From: a candidate division WS6 bacterium GW2011_GWF2_39_15
GTDB taxonomy: Bacteria > Patescibacteriota > Dojkabacteria > SC72
Direction of reading: 5' to 3'
Assembly: GCA_000993565.1 (NCBI GenBank)
Contig: LBWK01000002.1
Coordinates: forward strand, 160,620 to 224,619
Length of the DNA stretch: 64,000 bases
Numbering within the stretch: position 1 is the first letter of the stretch; every line of letters starts with the position of its first letter. A program made the translations under genes and the position numbers. Positions 47,363 to 56,621 of the stretch are shown in pieces. The notes under the pieces were generated by a model that had not been told where the DNA came from, searched no databases, and was given only the letters and a program-made list of their open reading frames with translations.

Positions 47363-48600
47363 CTTAAAACGGTATGAATTAATTTTCTCAAATAGTTAGT
47401 GATGTGTGTTATGACAATGAAAAGGAGAATCACAGAAATAATATATGATGCGATCCCGCGGATATAATCAGTTGATACTAATCTGAGAACGGAAGCAAGA
47501 AGGAATAATATTATTGATATTCTGGGAGAGTTTATGAAGAAAGGCATAAGAAAAGTGAGAATGATGGCTGTATAAATTAGTGAGATTGGTTGCAACGGTA
47601 TCTGGAGTAATTTAGAGAGTGTTATGAATGTTGCGGCAGCGAGTCCGTAAGAAACGAAAGTAAGCAGGTCTCCCTTTTTGGTTAGAAGTGATAACATCAG
47701 ATAAATGATTGCGTTGATAATAATCAGGAGTAGTGCTGCCCGGGAATAGTCGTAAGTAAAGCTTACGACCTTTAATTCTTTTGAATTTTTGACAGTATAG
47801 TTAACCGGAATTACGCCTGAGTTTAGAAGAATAGAGCTGGCTTTGGCTTCAATCGGATCAGAGGTTATTCCTAGTGCGAAGGGATTTCTGGCAGTTACCC
47901 CGCTTGTTTTGTTTCCCGCTGTTACAGGTACTACTATTGGAGAAACGAATCCATCGATAGCTATCCCTGCGTATTGTCCGGCTAATTTGTCAAAGGATTT
48001 ATAAAACTTTTCGGCCTTATACTCCCATGGCTTATAGATCGTAAAATATGAGTATTCTCCGGTAGAGGCCTTTAATTTGGTGACATACACTTCTCTGAAG
48101 TCATGGAGCGTGTAGGGAGTATTTTCGTAGTTATTAATATCATATATTGCGAATTGATTGCTTGTGTCATCGAAATTGACCCCGTCTTTTCTTGTTACAA
48201 AACGTAAGAAATATCTTTGTGAGATTAATTGGTCAACAATCTTCTGATCTTCGTCACTTTCAACTTCAATTTTAATCGTTGCCTTGTTCTTGTCCTTATG
48301 CCTTATCTCTTTTACCTCAGAGTTCTCAATGCCAAACTTTCTAAGTCTACTCTCAATAATCTGTTTAGTCTCCTCTATCTTTTTATCTTTCTTGTTCAGA
48401 TCTCGGGCTTTAAACTCAAGTTCAAGAGTATATTCTTTTCTCCATATTTTAGGGGATAGTGTGAGATCATAGCGGGCTTTTTTGAAATATCGTTCCGTTT
48501 GAGGAAGTGCAATTAAAATTGAGGAAATAAAGACTGAAGTGATGAGCGATGCTGCAAGTATTTTGAAGATGTTTTGAACTTTTGGTAGTTTGACTCTCAT
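47359..48600 (-). CDS. membrane protein with N-terminal anchor, ~250-aa extracytoplasmic domain and C-terminal TM bundle, function unknown
   Basis: Hydrophobicity pattern. Overlaps the downstream gene by 4 nt. Confidence 0.5.
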   Translation of the reverse strand: MRVKLPKVQNIFKILAASLITSVFISSILIALPQTERYFKKARYDLTLSPKIWRKEYTLELEFKARDLNKKDKKIEETKQIIESRLRKFGIENSEVKEIRHKDKNKATIKIEVESDEDQKIVDQLISQRYFLRFVTRKDGVNFDDTSNQFAIYDINNYENTPYTLHDFREVYVTKLKASTGEYSYFTIYKPWEYKAEKFYKSFDKLAGQYAGIAIDGFVSPIVVPVTAGNKTSGVTARNPFALGITSDPIEAKASSILLNSGVIPVNYTVKNSKELKVVSFTYDYSRAALLLIIINAIIYLMLSLLTKKGDLLTFVSYGLAAATFITLSKLLQIPLQPISLIYTAIILTFLMPFFINSPRISIILFLLASVLRLVSTDYIRGIASYIISVILLFIVITHITNYLRKLIHTVLR

Positions 48601-48608
48601 GAGGTTTA

Positions 48609-49184
48609 TTATACTGCCAATGCCTTCTCACTGCCAAGCAATACTATTTTATCCTTTTCCAATATATTAATTAAGAAGGGTTCTCTCTTTTTCTTCGCAA
48701 ATTCGAAATCCTTCATGGTCACTACACTATAACGGATTTCTTTCTCTAATGTTTTTTCAATCTCCTTCATTTCAGGGGTTAGTTTTCTTATATCGATATC
48801 ACCTACGAATAGGACATCAACGTCGATATTACTCTCATACTTATTGTTTAAATATGAGTGAGTTAAGATGATGAGCTCTGCATTTACAATTTTCGTCCCA
48901 ATTCTGTATAGGTTTTGACCGAACTCCGAGTCCTTATACATCATCGAGCGAAGTTCTGGGAGAACAGGGCACTTAGGGTTCAATGTATAGACTACCTTGT
49001 TGCCTTTATTTTCTACTTTAAGTAATCCTGCGGCTTTGAGGTTGAGTAGTTCTCTGCGTATTGCATTAATCTCTTCGTCAATTATTCTCACAAGTCCACG
49101 CACATGGTACTCTTCTGCGGGATTGAAAAGAAACTGCTCAAGTAGCTCAATCCTTACTTTTGAGATAAAAAGATTTTTGAGCAC
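48609..49184 (-). CDS. winged-helix DNA-binding domain protein with C-terminal nucleotidyltransferase-like region (putative regulator)
   Basis: The N-terminus (RIELLEQFLFNPAEEYHVRGLVRIIDEEINAIRRELLNLKAAGLL) resembles an ArsR/MarR-like winged helix. The C-terminus has a VDVLFVGDID segment. Confidence 0.45.
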   Translation of the reverse strand: MLKNLFISKVRIELLEQFLFNPAEEYHVRGLVRIIDEEINAIRRELLNLKAAGLLKVENKGNKVVYTLNPKCPVLPELRSMMYKDSEFGQNLYRIGTKIVNAELIILTHSYLNNKYESNIDVDVLFVGDIDIRKLTPEMKEIEKTLEKEIRYSVVTMKDFEFAKKKREPFLINILEKDKIVLLGSEKALAV

Positions 49185-49201
49185 TAATCTTATAGATTAA
49201 C

Positions 49202-50491
49202 TTATTGTTCTATTATATCAAATTTGCCTTGATCTTTAGGAACAGCAGTTATCCAAAGTCGTCCGCGGTTTAACAGCAGCTCTTTACCTGTGCTGTCATA
49301 ATATCTTTCACGTTCCGTCCTTGAGGTTTTCTTCCATTTTCCAATTGTTACTTTCCCATCCTGAAGCACAACAGCTTTCCCTTCTCCTATAGTTGTGATG
49401 ATGATTCTTCCATATGCATCACCCGAACTTTGCATAATTACTTCTTGGATAACGACTACCTTTGCAGAAACCTGCTTGCCAGTCTCGAGATCCAAATCTG
49501 CCTGCCCTCCTATTTTATGTAAATACGAGTTGCTTTTAACATCGTAAGACCATTCGCTATCATACAGGCCGTTATTGGGCAGATCCTGTCTAAATCTAAC
49601 CTTTACTTTTGTTCTGCTTCCTCTCGCGTTAGGTTCTGCATCACGTTTGAATTGGAGCGTATCTATTTCAGGAAATCCACCCCATCCATTTTTAGAAGCA
49701 TAATCCCATGCTGTAACTGTTGAGTTATATTCATTATGCGGGGCAACTCTGTCAGTGACTCTCCAGTATCCATGCGTCCTGAGATCCTTAATTCCGTAAC
49801 TATATATATTTCCACAGGCATTTGTGCGTGGATCACTGGATGATGCACATCCATCATGAATATATAACGGGTCATATGGACTTAGCCATTCCAGGAAGTA
49901 CTGTCGTGCACTTCTTACAGGTCCCACTTTACTTGTGCCTTGACTCCAGAATATTCCCATATATCGGGTTATTCCCGATTCTGCGAGGCTTTCGTAAACA
50001 ATATCGGCACTGTTTAAAGCTGATTGAGGGCGGGCATGATAGTGGTTATTAATCATTATTGCAATTGGTCGATTCTTTTCTAGCTTCTCAATCTCTGTTT
50101 TGGTAAACAAAAGTCCATTCAGCGGGCTCTGTTCTGTTCTTGGTAAATCAGGTGTGGTGAGGGCTGTAGTTATAAACTTTACTTTGTCACTCCAGTTTAT
50201 AATTTGCAGATCTTGTTCCAGGTAGTCTCTATTTATTGTAATTATTTCTGAGGGAGAAATAGGTTTTGTGAAAATATAGAAGTACATTGAGACGGCTAAC
50301 GCACCTAAGAGAATGGTTCCTACGAGAATAGACAGGGTTATTTTTTGCCAGGGCTTTAATTCCCCCTTCTTTTTAAGTGGTTCTATAAGGGTGGTAGGAG
50401 CTTGTTTCACTTCTGACTCGATCTTCGGAGAAACGTTGGTTTCCTGATCTAAAGTGATTACTTTTGTCTTGGCAGTACTCATACATTCCAT
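49202..50491 (-). CDS. DUF3048 (YerB-like) membrane-anchored protein
   Basis: N-terminal TM helix. Core motif ...RPIAIMINNHYHARPQSALNSADIVYE...GITRYMGIFWSQG...PVRSARQYFLEW.. is typical of DUF3048. Confidence 0.65.
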   Translation of the reverse strand: MECMSTAKTKVITLDQETNVSPKIESEVKQAPTTLIEPLKKKGELKPWQKITLSILVGTILLGALAVSMYFYIFTKPISPSEIITINRDYLEQDLQIINWSDKVKFITTALTTPDLPRTEQSPLNGLLFTKTEIEKLEKNRPIAIMINNHYHARPQSALNSADIVYESLAESGITRYMGIFWSQGTSKVGPVRSARQYFLEWLSPYDPLYIHDGCASSSDPRTNACGNIYSYGIKDLRTHGYWRVTDRVAPHNEYNSTVTAWDYASKNGWGGFPEIDTLQFKRDAEPNARGSRTKVKVRFRQDLPNNGLYDSEWSYDVKSNSYLHKIGGQADLDLETGKQVSAKVVVIQEVIMQSSGDAYGRIIITTIGEGKAVVLQDGKVTIGKWKKTSRTERERYYDSTGKELLLNRGRLWITAVPKDQGKFDIIEQ

Positions 50492-50550
50492 ACTATCACA
50501 GAGTTACGATATATGGTAGACTGGAATAATAAGTTGGCTGTTCTATTTAT

Positions 50551-51669
50551 ATGGAACCAAACGTCGCCCCGAAGAAGCGATCTTCATCACTTCTTTATAT
50601 TCTCCTTCTTGTTATACTCGCTTTAATTGGTTACGGTGCTTATGTCCTTGTAAATAAGGAATCTAATACAGATAAACAGAATAACGATACTAATAACGAG
50701 TCCGTAGACGAGAATACTGAAAGTGAAACAGAAACCGATACTGATACTAATACAAACACAGATACAGACTCTGAGACCACTGATAGTGATACAAATGCGG
50801 AACCGGAGCCGGATACTAACACTGATACCACCGTTGTAGATTTTACTAGCTACAAAACGACCAAGCAGACCGTTGGAAGTAGTGATGAGACTGATGGTCA
50901 GTATACTTTGAGTAGTTTAACTGACACGGCAAATACTGGATTCCACAGATTTGAATTTACCTTAACAAGGAAAACGGATAGCGATGTAAACCCTTATGTT
51001 ACAGCTACTTATATCGCATCTTTGGGGGCAATCAGAATTGATTTTGCTGGGGTTACTACAGATAATAGCGGAATCGGGTACCAAAAGAGCAGGATGATAA
51101 ATAAGGAAGGTGTGATTAAGATTTATCATAATGTTAGTGCAGACCAGACTGAAGAGCTTTATGATATTGGAGTGTCTAAGGAGACGCCATTTCTTTTCAG
51201 TATGACAGGTATTGATGCTTCCTCCTGGCTTATAACCCTTGATGTTAAATATCCCGGGGTTGTTGATACTGCTGATGTAGATCTGGGAAGTGAGGAGTTT
51301 TCAAAGGATGCTCAGACTATAACTGGAGCAGGAAAAGCTGACGGAGCGAAGGTATCCTCATATTCTTACAGTGCTTCCGGCGGGATACTCAGGATTGTCT
51401 TTGAGGTGAAAGGGAGTACCGCAAAGCCTATTCCTTCTGCCAGCGCAGGTTATGATGGAGATAATCTTCTAACATTGCGGTTTACCGATATTTCTGAAGA
51501 TGTTATTGCTAAGATGCCGGCCGCATTAGATATGCCGGGCGGTATTACTATGGTATGGGAAATGGAGGGAAGTAGTGCGAGTAAGTATACTTTTGACGGT
51601 GCTGCTAAGGAATTCAAGCTTTCAGCAGGTACCAGTCCAAATCAGGTAATTCTTGAAATAAAACTTTAA
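50551..51669 (+). CDS. exported protein with Thr/Asp/Asn-rich low-complexity acidic linker
   Basis: N-terminal TM/signal (LLYILLLVILALIGYGAYVLV), then ...TESETETDTDTNTNTDTDSETTDSDTNAEPEPDTNTDTT..., then a beta-rich domain. Confidence 0.55.
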   Translation: MEPNVAPKKRSSSLLYILLLVILALIGYGAYVLVNKESNTDKQNNDTNNESVDENTESETETDTDTNTNTDTDSETTDSDTNAEPEPDTNTDTTVVDFTSYKTTKQTVGSSDETDGQYTLSSLTDTANTGFHRFEFTLTRKTDSDVNPYVTATYIASLGAIRIDFAGVTTDNSGIGYQKSRMINKEGVIKIYHNVSADQTEELYDIGVSKETPFLFSMTGIDASSWLITLDVKYPGVVDTADVDLGSEEFSKDAQTITGAGKADGAKVSSYSYSASGGILRIVFEVKGSTAKPIPSASAGYDGDNLLTLRFTDISEDVIAKMPAALDMPGGITMVWEMEGSSASKYTFDGAAKEFKLSAGTSPNQVILEIKL

Positions 51670-51751
51670 TTAGATGATTGTTTGGGGAGATAAATAAAAA
51701 CTGACCCGATAGAAACTGTCTATCTTTTGTAATATAATCCGTTTGATACTA

Positions 51752-51825
51752 CGGGGTGTAGTTCAGATGGCTAGAACGCTTGCATGGGGTGCAAGAGGCC
51801 GCTCGTTCAAGTCGAGTCACCCCGA
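51752..51825 (+). tRNA. tRNA-Pro (anticodon GGG), CCA not encoded
   Basis: Manual fold. Acceptor CGGGGTG/CACCCCG; D-stem GTTC/GAAC; anticodon stem CTTGC/GCAAG with loop ATGGGGT; T-arm GCTCG-TTCAAGT-CGAGT. A TATAAT box lies at 51733-51738 upstream. Confidence 0.75.
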
Positions 51826-51896
51826 TTTTCTTAATCTTCTCTTAATCTATCATTTTGTAATATGTAAACATAATATTAAATTATGTCCTATACAAA

Positions 51897-52775
51897 ATGA
51901 AAACTGGATTCTTAATGTTCATATCTAAAACTATTCTTCCTAATCTTGCCCTTATTGCTTCTGTATTTGCAGTGGGAGGGGTAAGCGGGGTGGCGGCACT
52001 TAAGGTCTCACAGGTAATCCCGGTGCCCGATAAATTGGTAGACCAGGTTAGTGAGCTTAAGGATAAAGTGGATACGGCGATACAAGGTGTTGATGATACA
52101 TCGGCTGTCTCTGCTTCAGGAAGCAAATCTCGAGGAAAGGCTTTAGGATGTATTGTTACAATAGACGGTAATAAATATGACGTCACTAATTTAAAAAAGA
52201 CTCATTCAGGAGGTGATATATTCGTCTGTAATACGGACATGAGTAACTCATACCATAATCAACATGGAACAAACCTTGCAAGAATGGAGCGGTATTTGGT
52301 TAATGAAACCCAGAATGCTGGTACTTCGGGCAGTAGTACCGGCAATATTAAAGCTAGAGCGGCAGTGAACTCTTCGGCGGTTTTCACTGCTGTCTCTTTA
52401 GCTTCGCACAACACAAGTAGCAGTTGTTATATAGCATACTCAGGTAAAGTATATGACGTCTCAAGTCACCCGTCGTGGGGAGGTTGCAGTCACCATGGTG
52501 TATCAGGAGGGCAGGATATAACATCTATCTTTCCCCATCCGATAAGTTATTTGAGTTCTGTTCCAAATGTAGGAACGTTTGGAGGTAGTGCGGCTAATAA
52601 TGGCAACGGTAACACAACTATTGTACGAAAGGATGATGACGATGATGAGAGAGAGGAAGAGGAGATAGAATACGAGTACGAAGATGAGAAAGAGGAGGAA
52701 AAAGAAAAGGAGGATGAGTCGGAACATTCAAGTATGTGGAATCTTATTATTTCTACCTTGCAAAGATACATATAA
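51897..52775 (+). CDS. exported protein with two cytochrome-b5-like heme/steroid-binding-fold domains and an acidic C-terminal tail
   Basis: N-terminal anchor (ILPNLALIASVFAVGGV). Domain 1 ...DGNKYDVTNLKKTHSGGDIF..., domain 2 ...GKVYDVSSHPSWGG... (H-x-GG-like motifs). C-terminus DDDDDEREEEEIEYEYEDEKEEEKEKEDE. Confidence 0.6.
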   Translation: MKTGFLMFISKTILPNLALIASVFAVGGVSGVAALKVSQVIPVPDKLVDQVSELKDKVDTAIQGVDDTSAVSASGSKSRGKALGCIVTIDGNKYDVTNLKKTHSGGDIFVCNTDMSNSYHNQHGTNLARMERYLVNETQNAGTSGSSTGNIKARAAVNSSAVFTAVSLASHNTSSSCYIAYSGKVYDVSSHPSWGGCSHHGVSGGQDITSIFPHPISYLSSVPNVGTFGGSAANNGNGNTTIVRKDDDDDEREEEEIEYEYEDEKEEEKEKEDESEHSSMWNLIISTLQRYI

Positions 52776-53141
52776 ATGAAAAAGAAAATAGTTATACTAC
52801 TGATTCTTGCTCTTGTTGTTTTTGTAGTTATGCTTGGTGGAACCTATGTTACTAGGATGATTCAAGTGGGGAAAACAAGGCAGGTAGCAGGGATTAAGAA
52901 GGAAGGATTAAGTGTGTACAAAAGATCGGATCTGTCCAAATATAATGGGGCAATTAAAGGGCGTCCAATACTCATCGGCTTAAACGGTTATGTTTATGAT
53001 GTGACAGAAGGAAAGAAGTTTTATGAACCCGGTGGTACTTATCACTACCTGGCAGGGAAGGATTCCTCCTCAGAGCTCAACCTGATAGGAGGTGATATTA
53101 TCAGAAGGAAGTATCCAATAGTTGGTGTTATAGTTGACTAA
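52776..53141 (+). CDS. membrane-anchored cytochrome-b5-like domain protein (lacks canonical His ligands)
   Basis: LSKYNGAIKGRPILIGLNGYVYDVTEGKKFYEPGGTYHYLAGKDSSSEL parallels cyt b5 (...KVYDVT.F...HPGG....AGKDAT..F) but reads EPGG in place of HPGG. N-terminal TM helix. Confidence 0.65.
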   Translation: MKKKIVILLILALVVFVVMLGGTYVTRMIQVGKTRQVAGIKKEGLSVYKRSDLSKYNGAIKGRPILIGLNGYVYDVTEGKKFYEPGGTYHYLAGKDSSSELNLIGGDIIRRKYPIVGVIVD

Positions 53142-54441
53142 GATGAAGAGGTTATTCAGTACTTTTTTAATATTTGTTTTTTTGGTGGTTACAGTTATCC
53201 TTTGGGTTTGGGCAAAAAAGTATATAGGAGAACCTACTCCGTTAATTCTTGGAGGGGCACAGATCAGCGCCCTTCTTGCAGTTACTTTGCTTTCGTTGGA
53301 GTATATCATTGCGACTAGACTGAGGATTGTTGAGGTAATCTTTGATGGCTTAGATAATGCATATATCGCTCATCATATTATTGGCGGGTTTGCCTTTGTC
53401 CTTATTCTTACTCACCCTTTGCTTTTAATTATCAACTCAATTCCCTCAATACAAGGTTTTTATACCTACCTTCTACCATCTTCCAATCTGGCCTATACAT
53501 TCGGTATTCTAGCCTTGTATTGCTATACGATAATCCTACTTGTCACTTTTTATGCAAAAATCCCTTACAGTATCTGGGCTACAATCCACAAGTTTATAGG
53601 CATACCTATGCTGTTAGTCATGATACATGTTTTGCTTATTTCGAGTGACATTTCTGTGTACCCGCCTTTGGCCATATGGATATTTTCACTTGTTGGGATA
53701 GCTTTGATTTCCGCAGTATACAAGAGATTCTTGTACAGGCTTTTGAGCGTCAAATATAGGTATAGAGTTTCGCATACACGGATTTTGGGTGAGGTTATAG
53801 AGATATATATGCTTCCTGTGAAAGAGAAAGTCTCCTTTTTACCCGGCCAGTTTATCTACGTCAGGTTTTTTAGAAGAGAAATAGGTAGCGAGCAGCATCC
53901 CTTCTCTATCTCTTCGGGGATTAATACTGATGAGTTAAGAATATCGGTTAAAATGGATGGAGATTCTACCTGGAAGTATATGCGTCTAGAGTCTGGGGAT
54001 GAAGTAGAGTTGCAGGGACCTCACGGCAAGTTTGGAGAAAGTCTTCTATCTGATCAGAAAGATGCAATATGGGTAGCAGGGGGAATCGGTATTACCCCTT
54101 TTTTATCATTGTTGGATTACGAAAGTGTCTCTACAAGTCATCGGAAAGTATCTCTATACTACACCGTTAAGAATCATAACGAAGCTGTATATATTACAGA
54201 GCTGGCTCAAAAAGCGTTAAGAAAAAATACCTTAAGAGTATACCCAAACTTTTCTGAAAGTTCAGGGAGGTTGGAGCCTTTGAAAGTAGTTCAGAACGAG
54301 GGACTGGATAGAAGAAGTCTTGGAAAAATGAAAGTCTTTCTCTGCGGTCCAAGTTCTATGATGGAGAGCATGACAATAGGGTTTATTAACCTTGGTATAA
54401 AGCCCTGGAATATAATTAAAGAGGACTTCTATATTAAATGA
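53134..54441 (+). CDS. ferric-reductase-domain / NADPH-oxidase-family flavocytochrome (TM bis-heme domain + FAD- and NAD(P)H-binding domains)
   Basis: Paired His in TM helices (HHIIGGFAFVLILTHPLLL and HKFIGIPMLLVMIHVLL). FAD-binding motif HPFSISS. NAD(P)H-binding motifs IWVAGGIGITPFLSLL and FLCGPSSMM. Confidence 0.85.
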   Translation: MTKMKRLFSTFLIFVFLVVTVILWVWAKKYIGEPTPLILGGAQISALLAVTLLSLEYIIATRLRIVEVIFDGLDNAYIAHHIIGGFAFVLILTHPLLLIINSIPSIQGFYTYLLPSSNLAYTFGILALYCYTIILLVTFYAKIPYSIWATIHKFIGIPMLLVMIHVLLISSDISVYPPLAIWIFSLVGIALISAVYKRFLYRLLSVKYRYRVSHTRILGEVIEIYMLPVKEKVSFLPGQFIYVRFFRREIGSEQHPFSISSGINTDELRISVKMDGDSTWKYMRLESGDEVELQGPHGKFGESLLSDQKDAIWVAGGIGITPFLSLLDYESVSTSHRKVSLYYTVKNHNEAVYITELAQKALRKNTLRVYPNFSESSGRLEPLKVVQNEGLDRRSLGKMKVFLCGPSSMMESMTIGFINLGIKPWNIIKEDFYIK

Positions 54442-54546
54442 GAAAAGTTATTAAACAGATTGTAACAATTGTCCTGATTAATTATCTCTTGATACTTATT
54501 GGTATTTTTATAGTAGAATATGTCCTAAATAGGTAACCAATATATT

Positions 54547-55224
54547 TTGATGAGAATACTGATAGTTGAAGATGATTTAACGATTTCAAAAAACTTAAGA
54601 ACTTTTCTGGAGCGGTCCTCTTATGTTGTTGATGTGGCAAGACATGGAAATGAAGGGTTAGAAAGGGCTTTGAATGAGGAGTATGATCTGGTAATTTTGG
54701 ACTGGATGCTTCCGGGTAAAAACGGAATTGAAATTTGTCATGAGATAAGAAAAAGTGGAAAAACCGTCCCTGTAATTATGCTGACAGCAAAGTCACAGGT
54801 CGAGGATAAAGTGGAAGGTTTGGATGTCGGAGCAGATGACTACCTAACAAAACCGTTTGAAATGTCTGAACTGCTAGCAAGAGTTAGGGCACTACTCAGA
54901 AGAAAGTATACACAGCACAGGTCAGGAGTTATTGAAGCGGCTAATCTGATTATTGATACTAATAGTCATATTGTAAAAAGAGGTGACAAGATACTAGAAT
55001 TATCCGTGAGAGAATATGCGCTCCTTGAGTACCTTGCGAGTAATATGGGAATTGCTATGTCACGGGAGGATATTCTGACTCACGTTTGGGATGAAAACAT
55101 TGATCTATTTACCAACACGGTTGATGTACATATTAGATATTTACGAAAGAAGATTGATGTCGGTTCTAAAAAGAAATTAATTAAAACAGTTAAAGGGGTG
55201 GGTTATATGCTATGCAAAGATTAA
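54547..55224 (+). CDS. OmpR-family two-component response regulator
   Basis: Receiver domain (ILIVEDD...DLVILDWMLPGKNG...) plus C-terminal winged-helix trans_reg_C domain (...TVKGVGYML). Confidence 0.9.
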   Translation: MMRILIVEDDLTISKNLRTFLERSSYVVDVARHGNEGLERALNEEYDLVILDWMLPGKNGIEICHEIRKSGKTVPVIMLTAKSQVEDKVEGLDVGADDYLTKPFEMSELLARVRALLRRKYTQHRSGVIEAANLIIDTNSHIVKRGDKILELSVREYALLEYLASNMGIAMSREDILTHVWDENIDLFTNTVDVHIRYLRKKIDVGSKKKLIKTVKGVGYMLCKD

Positions 55225-56621
55225 CGACTAGAGCAAAAATGACTTTCCAGTTTAGTCTGGTTACAATTTTAACCTTGCTTATTACCGGGGTCATCTTCTC
55301 AATTGGCTATTACATCAGTTCCCGAATAGAGATTAGAAAGAATCTCCTTCATGAGATTAATGAGGTTATAAGTCAACATCTTTATGTCGAAAAAGGTCGT
55401 TTAATACTCAAGAGGGGAGAAGAAAATGAACTCCTATCTGAGCATCTGAGAAATGATGGAACCTCAGCAGTCATTTATAACTCGGAATTTGAACCATTAG
55501 CGACTTATGGAATGTTCAAAAAGTATGATAGTGAGGATTACAATAAAAAGAATAAGATAGCACTTGAGAATGTTTTTAAGACAGGCGAGTATTTTATATA
55601 CACAGACGGTAAGAGTTATGGAAACCGTCCTTACGAACTGGTTATTTACCCGGTATCTTCAAATGGAGGGGTTGTCGGACTTGTACAGTTGGCGATTGAG
55701 GTGCAGTTGGCTAACGACATAGTTAAATTGAGTGTCATGATACTTCTTGGAGCTCTCCTTATAGGTGCCACCATTAGCTTTATAGCCTCATACTTCATTT
55801 CAAAACAAGCTTTGAGCCCTTTGACAGTTCTATCACAGCAGATGAATGATATCTCTACTAGCAATTTGGATCTCAAGATAGATACTTCTGGGAACGAGAA
55901 AGATGAGATGGTTGTCCTCTCAAGAACATTCAACAGAATGCTGGAAAGGATAAATGAAGGGGTATTAAAACAGAAAGAGTTTATTTCTACGGCTTCGCAC
56001 GAGTTGAGAACCCCGCTTACAAGAGCGGTAAGTAATCTAGAAGTTATTCTGTTGGATTTGAAAGAGCAATCGGCTCGGAAATCTATTCGCCGGACAAAAG
56101 AGGAGTTGTTAAATCTGAATAGTATCCTTGAGAGTTTGCTGGCTCTTTCAAATATTAAGGAACTGAAGAAAGTAAGTGAGGAGGTTCAGGTCAGGGAGGA
56201 AATAGATATTATGCTAAAAAACTTTGCCCTTGATATTAAAAGAAAGAGACTTAGAATTGAAAATAAAGTTAAGGACACTACTATTAATATACCTAAAAAC
56301 TACTTCTATGTAATATTTAACAATCTGCTTTCAAACGCAATTAAATATAGTAGAAAGGAAGGGATTATTAATATCTCATGTGAAGTTAAAAAGGATAGAT
56401 GCGGTATCAAAATCTCTGATAGCGGTGTTGGCATTAGGTCCAGGGATTTAGGCCAGATATTTGAAAGATTTTATAGGGGCAGGAACGCAAAAGGTAATGG
56501 GTATGGCGTTGGTTTGGCTCTTGTTAAGGAGGTGTGCAACAAGTTAGGACTAGATATCAGTGTCATATCTGGAGAGGGTAAAGGATCGGAGTTTATTGTA
56601 AGTGGTTTGGAAACCGTTTAG
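55212..56621 (+). CDS. sensor histidine kinase
   Basis: Two TM helices flanking an extracytoplasmic loop of about 130 aa. HAMP-like segment, H-box STASHELRTPLT, and HATPase_c region (...SDSGVGI...GNGYGVGLALVKEV). Overlaps the regulator by 13 nt. Confidence 0.88.
   Translation: MQRLTTRAKMTFQFSLVTILTLLITGVIFSIGYYISSRIEIRKNLLHEINEVISQHLYVEKGRLILKRGEENELLSEHLRNDGTSAVIYNSEFEPLATYGMFKKYDSEDYNKKNKIALENVFKTGEYFIYTDGKSYGNRPYELVIYPVSSNGGVVGLVQLAIEVQLANDIVKLSVMILLGALLIGATISFIASYFISKQALSPLTVLSQQMNDISTSNLDLKIDTSGNEKDEMVVLSRTFNRMLERINEGVLKQKEFISTASHELRTPLTRAVSNLEVILLDLKEQSARKSIRRTKEELLNLNSILESLLALSNIKELKKVSEEVQVREEIDIMLKNFALDIKRKRLRIENKVKDTTINIPKNYFYVIFNNLLSNAIKYSRKEGIINISCEVKKDRCGIKISDSGVGIRSRDLGQIFERFYRGRNAKGNGYGVGLALVKEVCNKLGLDISVISGEGKGSEFIVSGLETV

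Noticed and set aside
51743-51928. 61-aa ORF overlapping tRNA-Pro
   Set aside because: Overlaps a well-folding tRNA, so it is spurious.
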